Source of the DNA: a virus
Taxonomy: Duplodnaviria > Heunggongvirae > Uroviricota > Caudoviricetes
Length of the DNA: 64,000 nt
Virus record (IMG/VR): IMGVR_UViG_3300037258_000931
Span: 1 to 64,000 of that record
Strand: one strand, 5' to 3'
Under the pieces are notes generated by a model, which did no database searches, was not told where the DNA came from, and saw only the letters and a program-made list of their open reading frames with translations. Of the stretch, positions 7,938-15,743 are shown piece after piece. The stretch's first letter is position 1. Each line of letters starts with the position of its first letter. A program made the translations under genes and the position numbers.

Positions 7938-8012
7938 GCGAGCGTGGTATAGCGGCTGGTGCCCTGGGCCTCCAACCCAGAGACGCGGGTTCGACTCCCG
8001 CCGCTCGCTCCA
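7938..8012 (+). tRNA. tRNA-Gly (anticodon TCC)
   Basis: Acceptor GCGAGCG/CGCTCGC, anticodon stem CTGGG/CCCAG loop CCTCCAA (C33), T-arm GCGGG-TTCGACT-CCCGC, CCA. Confidence 0.6.
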
Positions 8013-8027
8013 TCATTCGAGGTAGGG

Positions 8028-8405
8028 ATGACAAACAAACGCGCTCCTTCTGTATCGAGTTGGCATGATATCCCGGACTCGGTTGTAGATGAGTTTAGTA
8101 AAAAGGTTCGGCAGCTTCAGCGAGAGATGATTCCGCTCGATGGCGATGGAGATATAGCTGTCGAGATAATCATTGTCGACCGGAGGAAGTTTGAGCCACT
8201 TCACTTCCAACCTATACCCTATAACCACCCGCCTTACGGAACGAAATGGACGCCAGAAGAAGAGGCTGCTGTCCATGAGGAGCGATTGCGCTGGCTATCC
8301 TGCAACGCGGATATGGCAAATCGTTCGCTTGAGACTTTTCTGTCTCTGGAACTATATCGCCTGGCTTCTGAGCGTGAAAAAGGTGCCAAAAACTTTCAAA
8401 AATAG
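8028..8405 (+). CDS. hypothetical protein (lower-GC segment)
   Basis: ATG right after tRNA-Gly; 125 aa. Confidence 0.4.
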   Translation: MTNKRAPSVSSWHDIPDSVVDEFSKKVRQLQREMIPLDGDGDIAVEIIIVDRRKFEPLHFQPIPYNHPPYGTKWTPEEEAAVHEERLRWLSCNADMANRSLETFLSLELYRLASEREKGAKNFQK

Positions 8406-8645
8406 CGCGCATGATTTTACATAGGACTATGATATAGTCGTTTTCACGTGCCAGTTCTCCGCTTGAAAACCCCGCGTACCATCCCCCGCCTGCAACTCTC
8501 TCCTTCTTTCCCCAATCTGCCTCGCAAGCTGGCCCCCGGGCCGGGAGGAATCCCGGCCGCGTGTTTCCAAAGCAACAATTTGCGCCCGTGGGCCGCAAAG
8601 GGGTAGACTCGGCTTCGATTCCAAGTTCTATTTTGAGGAGCAACG

Positions 8646-9407
8646 ATGACCAAGATGCATGAGCTGCTGGCCGTACAGACGAACCTGAACGGCCAGGCAA
8701 CCAAGACCCGCACCGGCTTGATGGACACCTTCAGAACCAAGCGGCACCTGTTTGAGAAGAAGGTGAAGGCGTTTCAGCCTCTCGGCGAAGGCGCCGACCT
8801 GACCATCGAAGAGCAGTCCGATATCCAGACCACGGTGCCTAAGGAGATCGAGTGGCTGAAGGGCCACCTGGTGAAACAAATCGATGTGGGTTTGCGCGTA
8901 GACGTGGGCAACCGGATCGCCGAGGCTGACGTGGTGGACGAAGAAGACACCAAGATCCTGGCCAAAATGCCGGCCACCACGCTGCTGTGGCTGGAAAAAC
9001 GGGTGCAGGAGGTAAAGGAGCTGATCGAGGCCATTCACACCCTGGACCCGGCCAAGGGATTTACCGAGGACCGGGATGCGGGCGTGGGGTACTGGAAGGC
9101 GCGCGAAGTGAAGAAGGAGCGCACCAAGAAAAAGAAAGTGGTGATCGTGAAGTACGACGCTGTGGATAAGCACCCGGCGCAGACCGAGCTGGTGGACGAG
9201 GACGTGGTGGTAGGCACGATTCGCGAGCAGGAGTGGAGCGCGCTGATCACGCCGGCGATGAAAGCGGAGCTGTTGAACCGGGCGGAGATGCTGATTCGGG
9301 CGGTGGCCAAGGCTCGCTCCAAGGCCAACGAGCAGGAAGTGGACATCAAGGACGCCAAGATCGGAGACGTGCTGCTTGACTACGTCTTCAAGCCTCTGCT
9401 AGGGTAA
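8646..9407 (+). CDS. hypothetical protein
   Basis: 253 aa; upstream promoter-like TTGCGC..17..TAGACT and RBS GGAGGAG; charged, coiled-coil-like composition. Confidence 0.45.
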   Translation: MTKMHELLAVQTNLNGQATKTRTGLMDTFRTKRHLFEKKVKAFQPLGEGADLTIEEQSDIQTTVPKEIEWLKGHLVKQIDVGLRVDVGNRIAEADVVDEEDTKILAKMPATTLLWLEKRVQEVKELIEAIHTLDPAKGFTEDRDAGVGYWKAREVKKERTKKKKVVIVKYDAVDKHPAQTELVDEDVVVGTIREQEWSALITPAMKAELLNRAEMLIRAVAKARSKANEQEVDIKDAKIGDVLLDYVFKPLLG

Positions 9408-9558
9408 TCGCGGGTGGGGTCGGCCTTGACCGGCCGGCCCGATTCCAGGTTAAGGCTGAGGCTGAGATTCAGCGGACGCGCGAGCGCGAGCGTGAGGCTC
9501 AGGTTGACACCCCAGGCTTATCGCGGAGAACGATAGCTCGACAGACGAGACTCTTTTT

Positions 9559-9595
9559 ACGGTGGTCGTCGGTTCGAATCCGGCGGGAGCCCCCA
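9559..9595 (+). tRNA. orphan tRNA 3' half (anticodon-stem 3' strand, variable loop, T-arm, acceptor 3' strand, CCA)
   Basis: ACGGT-GGTC-GTCGG-TTCGAAT-CCGGC-GGGAGCC-C-CCA; no matching 5' half upstream; perfectly complementary to the 5' half found 11 nt downstream. Confidence 0.3.
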
Positions 9596-9605
9596 AAATA
9601 TTCAT

Positions 9606-9642
9606 GGCTCCCTAGCTCAGCGGTAGAGCAGCCGTCTCAGGT
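9606..9642 (+). tRNA. orphan tRNA 5' half (acceptor 5' strand, D-arm, anticodon-stem 5' strand and loop)
   Basis: GGCTCCC-TA-GCTC-AGCGGT-AGAGC-A-GCCGT-CTCAGGT; no T-arm or acceptor 3' strand downstream; GGCTCCC pairs with GGGAGCC of the upstream 3' half; candidate anticodon CAG (Leu) if the loop is CTCAGGT. Confidence 0.3.
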
Positions 9643-9683
9643 TAAAAGTTTCGGGTTGAAGAGCGAGGCGTTGCCGCACCGTA

Positions 9684-9757
9684 CTTGAGATAGCTCAGAT
9701 TGGTAGAGCATTCGACTTGTAATCGAAGGGTCTCTGGTTCAAATCCAGATCTCAAAC
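9684..9757 (+). tRNA. tRNA-Thr-like (anticodon TGT), C1:A72 mismatch, no encoded CCA
   Basis: Acceptor CTTGAGA/TCTCAAA (terminal C-A mismatch), TAGCTCAGATTGGTAGAGC, anticodon stem TTCGA/TCGAA loop CTTGTAA, T-arm TCTGG-TTCAAAT-CCAGA. Confidence 0.45.
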
Positions 9758-9821
9758 ATTGGGGCCGTCCGCGTGGTAGCGGGCGGCCCTTCATATTTTG
9801 GCAAGCAACCGAGGAGGCGCG

Positions 9822-10535
9822 ATGCTGAAAACTGTGACCATGACCGGGGCGGACGACGATACCCGCGTCGAAGATCTGGTGGGTTTGTCGAAGCGGTTTC
9901 CTTTTGTGGAGTGGGGGATTCTGGCCAGTCGGATGCAGATGGGCGCCAAGCGCTTTCCTACCGCTGAATGGGCTAATCGCTTTGCCGGTTTTGCGTCTGA
10001 AAATGAACTGAGGGTGAGCATGCACCTGTGCGGGGGGTGGGTGCGGGAGCTGCTGTTGGGAGAGTTGAAATGGTCGGAGCTACCGCACGTTTTGCTGGGG
10101 GTTGCGCAGCGAGTGCAGATCAACACCCACGCCGAGGCTCATGTGTCGCGTACGGCGATGATGGCTAATCTGATCGGCTGGCCGCTGAAGACCTTCATCT
10201 TCCAGTGGGATGGGGTGAACGACCATCTGGCCTATGCCGCGCAAGCCTACGGGATACGGGTGAACGCTTTATTCGACACCAGCCATGGGGCTGGCGCTCT
10301 GGCTGGCAGTTGGCCCCGCTCTGTGCTTTCTCTGCCTTGCGGCTATGCGGGGGGTCTGAGCGCTGACAACGTGGCCGAGCAGCTTGGGGAGATCGAAAAG
10401 GCGAGCGGAGGCTTAGACTACTGGATCGACATGGAGGGCCGGATTCGCGACCGCAACGGCTGCTTCGATCTGGAAAAGGTTGAACAGGTGTTGACGATCT
10501 GCGAACCTCTGGTGGCGAGGGAACCTCCCTTATAA
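9822..10535 (+). CDS. hypothetical protein
   Basis: about 238 aa from ATG after SD AGGAGG (the ORF track uses an upstream TTG); motifs VEWGILAS, DTSHGAG, CGYAGGLSADN; no family assigned. Confidence 0.4.
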   Translation: MLKTVTMTGADDDTRVEDLVGLSKRFPFVEWGILASRMQMGAKRFPTAEWANRFAGFASENELRVSMHLCGGWVRELLLGELKWSELPHVLLGVAQRVQINTHAEAHVSRTAMMANLIGWPLKTFIFQWDGVNDHLAYAAQAYGIRVNALFDTSHGAGALAGSWPRSVLSLPCGYAGGLSADNVAEQLGEIEKASGGLDYWIDMEGRIRDRNGCFDLEKVEQVLTICEPLVAREPPL

Positions 10536-10577
10536 AATATCTTGCGCCGAAAAGGGGCAATAGGATAAATTGCGCGC

Positions 10578-11387
10578 ATGGCGACACAGTCAACCTGGAT
10601 GGCGGTGCAGGAGCTGCACGAGGTGGCGCGACCCCGCGAGGATCTGGCTGACGTGCGCAATCCGGATGACTCGCACGATCCAGCTCAAGGCGACTTCAAG
10701 TTTGATCCGCCGCGCGGGGTGCGGACCGAGCTGATCTGCTCCTACGAGATTCCGCGGATGATGTACAAGGTGATGCCTCATCGTTCCGCGGCCAAGAAGC
10801 TGGAAACGTTAGGCATGCTGATCTGGTACGGGAATCTGCGGTGCTCGATGAGCCGCAAGCGGAGGACGCCGATGGATGTGGATGCTCTGGTGAAGCGCTG
10901 GCACGAGGTGGTGGTGGGGCTGGCGATTGCCCATGACAAGGACGCAGCCGACCGCTACGAGGCGGCCATCGAGGAGTGCCTGACCCCGATTCTGGCGGCG
11001 CCGATCAAGCAGGTGCGAGAGTTCTACCCGAAGCTGCTGGAGGCGCTCAAGCAAGACCAGCGGGTGCCGTTTCTGGTGTGGCGCAGCTATGAGGTTTGGG
11101 TGAACCAGGTGATTGCCAAGGCTCCGGATGAGGATATTAAACAGTTGAAGACCGACCTGGCCCGGGAGATTACCGAGATGGTGGAGCGGGAGGTCAAGGA
11201 CCAGCTTCCCCAGGCCATGATCCGGGCGCTGCAGTGGCGGTCGCCTTCGCAGCTTGAAGAGGTGAAAAAGGTGGTGGCGCGGGAGCAGGCGGCAGGGCGG
11301 GGGGTGCGGCTGAAGGGCAGGGAGAGCTGCCTGTTTCTGGAGGCCGGCGGGGAAGAGGGCGAGCCGGAAGTGTGCGTGCAGATCTGA
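10578..11387 (+). CDS. hypothetical protein
   Basis: 269 aa, coding-like composition, ends at a solo repeat arm. Confidence 0.45.
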   Translation: MATQSTWMAVQELHEVARPREDLADVRNPDDSHDPAQGDFKFDPPRGVRTELICSYEIPRMMYKVMPHRSAAKKLETLGMLIWYGNLRCSMSRKRRTPMDVDALVKRWHEVVVGLAIAHDKDAADRYEAAIEECLTPILAAPIKQVREFYPKLLEALKQDQRVPFLVWRSYEVWVNQVIAKAPDEDIKQLKTDLAREITEMVEREVKDQLPQAMIRALQWRSPSQLEEVKKVVAREQAAGRGVRLKGRESCLFLEAGGEEGEPEVCVQI

Positions 11388-11388
11388 G

Positions 11389-11450
11389 GAACAGGGGTCA
11401 GAGAACAGGTTTCAGAGAACAGAGAACAGAGATCAGAGATCAGTAGTCAG
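11389..11450. repeat. GGGATCAG-family solo left arm (degenerate)
   Basis: aacaggggtcagagaacaggtttcagagaacagagaacagagatcagagatcag. Confidence 0.6.
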
Positions 11451-11469
11451 AAAAAAACGAGGAGGGACG

Positions 11470-11712
11470 ATGGCGACGATGGAGATGGAAGGGACGCTGG
11501 CGGTGCTGGACAAATCGGGCGACAGCCGCATGCAATGGAACCCCAACAGCCCGGAAGAGGTGGCCAAGGCGCGGGCTCGCTTTGACGAATTCAGAAACAA
11601 GGGCTACCTGGCCTATAAAGTGAGCCCCTCCGGTGGCCAGGGGGAAGTGATCTCGGCCTTCGATGAGGCTGCGGCGCGAATCATTCTGCATAGCCCGATG
11701 GTAGGAGGATAA
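11470..11712 (+). CDS. hypothetical protein
   Basis: 80 aa; SD GAGGAGGGACG upstream. Confidence 0.35.
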   Translation: MATMEMEGTLAVLDKSGDSRMQWNPNSPEEVAKARARFDEFRNKGYLAYKVSPSGGQGEVISAFDEAAARIILHSPMVGG

Positions 11713-11715
11713 GCG

Positions 11716-12195
11716 ATGTGTCTTTCTTCCGTCACTGAGTTGTACGACCGGCCGTCGTCGCTGATTGTCGATGGTTGGAAGTCGATCGGCGCGGCGAAAC
11801 CATCCTTCCAGCTCAGCGTGAACGGTAAAACAGCGATCCCCTTCGATGAGTGGATTACCGCAACTACCGAGCATGCTAAAGGCGGCAAGATCCGGGCCGA
11901 CGACGGCAAACACTATCCCTGCGGCTTTCACTGCTACAGCGACGAGAAGGAGTTGAAGGAACTGCAGCCAAAGAGCCGGGTGTTTGTACGCGGCATCCTT
12001 GCCCTGGGCAAGCAGAACGGAAAAGCTGTGGTGATTGCGAGCGAGATCTATCTGCCGTCGAAGCAGGATGGGTGGCCGCCGCTGGAGGCGGCCGGAGTTC
12101 CGCCGGCCGATCCCGCGCCAGGCGCCGCTGCGGGCGGCGGTCCAGCACAGGCGAAAAACAAGCTGACCCGGTTATTGGGTGGAAAGAAGCAGTGA
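11716..12195 (+). CDS. hypothetical protein
   Basis: 159 aa; tightly packed after the previous ORF; Pro/Ala/Gly-rich C-terminus. Confidence 0.4.
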   Translation: MCLSSVTELYDRPSSLIVDGWKSIGAAKPSFQLSVNGKTAIPFDEWITATTEHAKGGKIRADDGKHYPCGFHCYSDEKELKELQPKSRVFVRGILALGKQNGKAVVIASEIYLPSKQDGWPPLEAAGVPPADPAPGAAAGGGPAQAKNKLTRLLGGKKQ

Positions 12196-13052
12196 TGCCT
12201 GACAACAAGACTATGGTCTGGACGGCGCGGCTTGGGGGCGGTCTCCAGCCGGCCGCCCAGGGTGTGCAGGCGGCGGGGACGGCCCGGGTGCTTTACGCGG
12301 GCAATCAAGCTGGTTGCAATCTAGCTGGTTCTGGCCTGACTGGTTCTAGCCTGACTGGTACTGACGCAACTGTTTTTGCTGTAACCGGAGGATCGGCGAG
12401 TATGAATTACTCGGAGCCAGTGGTTTGGTATGACGGGTGTCGGGCGCCAAAAATCGCCAATAAATATGCCTATGCGCAATGGTGCACGAGTTTGGGCTAC
12501 CTGAATCAGACGCCCAGCAGCTTGTGGGCCAGCAAGCCGTGGCACTGGTATACGGGGACGACGCAGAGTGACTCGATGGCATGGTCTGTTCTGCCGTCCA
12601 CTTCAGTGCCTCCATTCTATGTGAACACGCTCATCGACGCGCCTCTGGAAACCGAGGCACAGAAGGCAGAGCGGCAGCAGCGGCTGGACAAGCTGCGCGA
12701 AGCGGAGCGGGCGGCTGAGCTGCGCGCGGAAGAGGTTTTGCTGATGTGCCTGAATCCGGTGCAGGAAATGGAGTACAGGCAGCACGGCTGTTTCCATTTG
12801 CAGGTGAATGAGCGGCGCTATCGGATCAATAAAGGACGTACGGGCAACGTGGAGCTGATTCACGAAGGGCTGCCGGTCTATCGTTACTGCGCGCATCCGG
12901 ATCTGTGGACGCCGGACCAGGACGTAATGCTGGCGCAGATGTTGATGCTGCAGACCGACGAGAAACGGTTTCTGGCAACCGCCAATCGGACGGTGCTGAC
13001 GCGAAACCTGCCGGCATCAGGGAACGATGAATTACTGGAGCTGGCCGCATGA
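12195..13052 (+). CDS. hypothetical protein
   Basis: ATG at 12195 overlapping the upstream stop (TGATG); 285 aa; contains short tandem nt repeat encoding LAGSGLTGSSLTG. Confidence 0.4.
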   Translation: MPDNKTMVWTARLGGGLQPAAQGVQAAGTARVLYAGNQAGCNLAGSGLTGSSLTGTDATVFAVTGGSASMNYSEPVVWYDGCRAPKIANKYAYAQWCTSLGYLNQTPSSLWASKPWHWYTGTTQSDSMAWSVLPSTSVPPFYVNTLIDAPLETEAQKAERQQRLDKLREAERAAELRAEEVLLMCLNPVQEMEYRQHGCFHLQVNERRYRINKGRTGNVELIHEGLPVYRYCAHPDLWTPDQDVMLAQMLMLQTDEKRFLATANRTVLTRNLPASGNDELLELAA

Positions 13053-13348
13053 GCGACGAGAGCGAAAAGACGGGCCATTTTTGGGTCAACGGGGTGGTCG
13101 CCCAGCGCGACGAAAAGCCCTATGTGCAGCTTTCCAATGAGAAGGGCATGGTGGCTCAGTTCTCGATCAGCGAGGCACGGCAGGTGGCCATGGATATCCT
13201 GCAGATGAGTGCCCGCACGGAAGCCGACGCGATGATTCTGAAGTTTTTCAAAAAGGCGGAACTCCCGATGGGGGCCGCGGCGGCGCTGATGGCCGAGTTT
13301 CGGGATTTTCGGGCCGAACTGGATGCCGAGGAGGCGGAGCGGACATGA
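13049..13348 (+). CDS. hypothetical protein
   Basis: 99 aa; ATGA overlap with the upstream ORF; immediately upstream of the cas12-like gene. Confidence 0.35.
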   Translation: MSDESEKTGHFWVNGVVAQRDEKPYVQLSNEKGMVAQFSISEARQVAMDILQMSARTEADAMILKFFKKAELPMGAAAALMAEFRDFRAELDAEEAERT

Positions 13349-13449
13349 GCTTCGACGATTGGCTACCAGACCCCGGACGAGATCGAGGCGGAGCTTAGAA
13401 AACACATCGAAGACAAAATACCGGGGACAAAAAGACCGAGGTAAAAACC

Positions 13450-15687
13450 ATGATTGAGCGGTTGACGGTGGGCAAAGATGGCGCGGTGGAAGTGCATCTG
13501 ACTGGCATCTCTTTGCAGGCGACCAAGGCGTTTACGCATGGCACGCTGGGGTTCGATCTTCAGGCGCGCACCGTGACTTTCGGCAAGCTGGCGCCGGTGG
13601 CGCTCCCCGCAGAACTGCAGCCGTCGGCGGGCGCCGCAGTGCATTTGCGGCTGCTGGGCCCGGATGGAGAGCTGCGCAAGCAGACGCGATCTGGAACGTG
13701 GACGGCGGTGGGCAAGCAGCCGCATCTTTTGCGCATCGGCGGCCACGCGCAGACGGCGCGCAAGTTCCCGGCCGAGGAGGGCTGGAGCAACCGGACGTAC
13801 AAGTATCGCGCGTACTTCAGCCATCCCGGGGCCGAGACCGATGGGGAACTGCCGGAGTGGCTGCGCGGGTCGATCGCGCGGCAGCGGGCGTACTGGAATC
13901 GCCTGGCATGGCTGTGCCGGGATGCGCGCCGCAAGTGCTCGACGGAGTCTCCAGAGCAAGTGGCGGAGTTTGTAGGTCAAGTGATTGTGCCGGCGATCGA
14001 TGCGTTTAACGAGGCGATCGGGCCGGATCGGCGTCGCGCCAAGGAGCGGCTCAAGCATCCGCAGAAGCTGAAGGACCGGCCCGGGATCGACGGGTTGTGG
14101 GCCTTTGCCGGGCTGCTGCGCGCCTGGGAGGGGAAGGGGCATCCGGTTCCCGAGGGGCTGATGGACCGGGTGCTCGCGTTTGCCAAACAGTTCCAGCCCG
14201 ATTACGCTCCGCTGAACGAGTTTATGCGAGATCTGAGCCAGATTGCGGCGGCGGAGGCCGAGCGGCTGGAGCTGAAATGGTTCGAGGTGCGGCCGGAGCT
14301 GAGCAGCTTCAAAGCCACCCTTGACCGTCGCAGGACTGTGCAGGCGTCCTGGTCGGACGGCTGGCCGATGCTACGTTTTGCGCAGCTCGGGAAGGATCTC
14401 GACTGGGGGCTGCATTACTACCTCAGGAAGGCTGGGGTGGGCACGGAGTTACTGGAGACCGGCAAAGGGGTGCCGGGGCTCAGTCTCGGGGCGCCGCTGA
14501 GCCACGCTGAAACCGGCCATCCTCACCTTTGTGGGGCGGCGGCCAAGCGGGCGCTGCGCGAGGCCCGGATTTCGATTCCTGGGGAAGGGAAAGACCGCTG
14601 GATCTTCCGGTTTGCGGTGCTGGAACATCGGCCGCTGCCGGCCCATGCGCATGTGAAGGAGTGGAAGCTGGTGTTCAAGGGAGGCGAGCTGTGGCTGTGC
14701 CTGGTGGTGGAGATGCAGCAGCCGCTGCCGGAGCCCAGCGCCCAGGCCGCGGGGCTGGATATCGGCTGGCGGCGGACGGCGGAGGGCATTCGCTTCGGGA
14801 CTCTCTACGAGCCGTTGGCGGGGACGGTGCGGCTGCTGGAGATGGATTTCGGGCGCTCGCCGCGCGATCCTGCCGACAGGGTACCGTTCCGGATCGATCT
14901 GGGACCGAGCCGGTGGCAGAAGCGCAACCAGAAACGGCTGTTTCCGGAGCCGGTGGCTGAGGGGGAGAGCGCGGCGGCGCGCCCGCATGACGGGGCGGAA
15001 GTGCCAGGGCTTTTAGAGACTGGGATTCAACTGCAGACGCGGCGCGACTACGAGAAGGATACGGTGAAGATTCTGCTGCGGCGGTATCTGGGAGAACGAA
15101 CTCCGCCGTGGCTGGACAGGGCCGGACTCTCGGGATTGCGCAGGCTGCGGGAAGAGTTGAAAGACGATGCCGGCGCGTGGGCTATTTTAGAGGCGTGGCG
15201 GTTGAAGGACGACGAGATTGGGGCATTGACCGCTTTTTATTTTGCGCGCTCGACGCGGCGCATCGAGTACGGGCATCTGCAGGTGGCGCACGATGTCTGC
15301 CGGCACCTGCGCGACCAGGGAGTATCCCGGTTGGCAGTGGAAACCAGTTTTCTAGCCAAGCTGGCGCAGAACCAGAGCAGTGAGGTCCCGGTAGCCCTGA
15401 AGCGTTCGCAGAAATACCGGCAGGTTGCGGCACTGGGAAAGTTTGTGGCCGTGCTCCGGAATACGGCGATCAAGTACGGCGTGGCCGTGGATGAGCATGA
15501 CGCGGCCAATACAACCCGGATCTGCCGGTACTGCAACCATCTGAATGAGGCGACAGAGCGGGAGAAGTACAACTGCGCGGCCTGCGGCCGGGAGCTGAAG
15601 CAGGATGAAAATGCGGCGGTGAACCTGTCGCGGTTCGCGGCCGATCCGGAGCTTGCGGAGATGGCGTTGCAGGCGGGGAGGAAGTGA
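13450..15687 (+). CDS. cas12: Cas12/TnpB-family RuvC nuclease (745 aa), putative type V CRISPR effector
   Basis: The C-terminal third carries RuvC-I (AAGLDIGWRR, about aa 436), RuvC-II (RLAVETSF, about aa 629), a CxxC...CxxC zinc finger (CRYCNH...CAACG) and RuvC-III (DENAAVNL, about aa 718), in the order typical of Cas12/TnpB; a CRISPR array starts 56 nt downstream. Confidence 0.75.
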   Translation: MIERLTVGKDGAVEVHLTGISLQATKAFTHGTLGFDLQARTVTFGKLAPVALPAELQPSAGAAVHLRLLGPDGELRKQTRSGTWTAVGKQPHLLRIGGHAQTARKFPAEEGWSNRTYKYRAYFSHPGAETDGELPEWLRGSIARQRAYWNRLAWLCRDARRKCSTESPEQVAEFVGQVIVPAIDAFNEAIGPDRRRAKERLKHPQKLKDRPGIDGLWAFAGLLRAWEGKGHPVPEGLMDRVLAFAKQFQPDYAPLNEFMRDLSQIAAAEAERLELKWFEVRPELSSFKATLDRRRTVQASWSDGWPMLRFAQLGKDLDWGLHYYLRKAGVGTELLETGKGVPGLSLGAPLSHAETGHPHLCGAAAKRALREARISIPGEGKDRWIFRFAVLEHRPLPAHAHVKEWKLVFKGGELWLCLVVEMQQPLPEPSAQAAGLDIGWRRTAEGIRFGTLYEPLAGTVRLLEMDFGRSPRDPADRVPFRIDLGPSRWQKRNQKRLFPEPVAEGESAAARPHDGAEVPGLLETGIQLQTRRDYEKDTVKILLRRYLGERTPPWLDRAGLSGLRRLREELKDDAGAWAILEAWRLKDDEIGALTAFYFARSTRRIEYGHLQVAHDVCRHLRDQGVSRLAVETSFLAKLAQNQSSEVPVALKRSQKYRQVAALGKFVAVLRNTAIKYGVAVDEHDAANTTRICRYCNHLNEATEREKYNCAACGRELKQDENAAVNLSRFAADPELAEMALQAGRK

Positions 15688-15743
15688 AGCGCATCGGACC
15701 AGTGCAACAGATTTAGTCTCTACCGATTTCGCGGGGCGCAGTC

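Noticed and set aside
9513-9556. Possible normal 5' half for the tRNA 3' half at 9559-9595
   Set aside because: No 7-nt segment complementary to the acceptor strand GGGAGCC (or shifted versions) exists upstream. The segment ACGATAGCTCGACAGACGAGACTC has a D-arm-like TAGCTC but no acceptor strand.
9798-9821. Upstream TTG start used by the ORF track for the 9798-10535 gene
   Set aside because: An ATG with a strong AGGAGG SD lies 24 nt downstream (about 9822), so the shorter form is preferred. My line-based and track-based coordinates differ by 1 nt here.
13363-14142. 259-aa ORF on the minus strand
   Set aside because: Antisense to the 5' part of the cas12-like gene; Arg/Leu/Pro-rich.
15688-15743. 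A tracrRNA or anti-repeat near the array
   Set aside because: I found no sequence complementary to the repeat (GTTGCACTTACCCAGTGCAC...) in the leader or flanking 2 kb. The only hit is a same-sense CCAGTGCAAC fragment, consistent with a tracr-independent Cas12.
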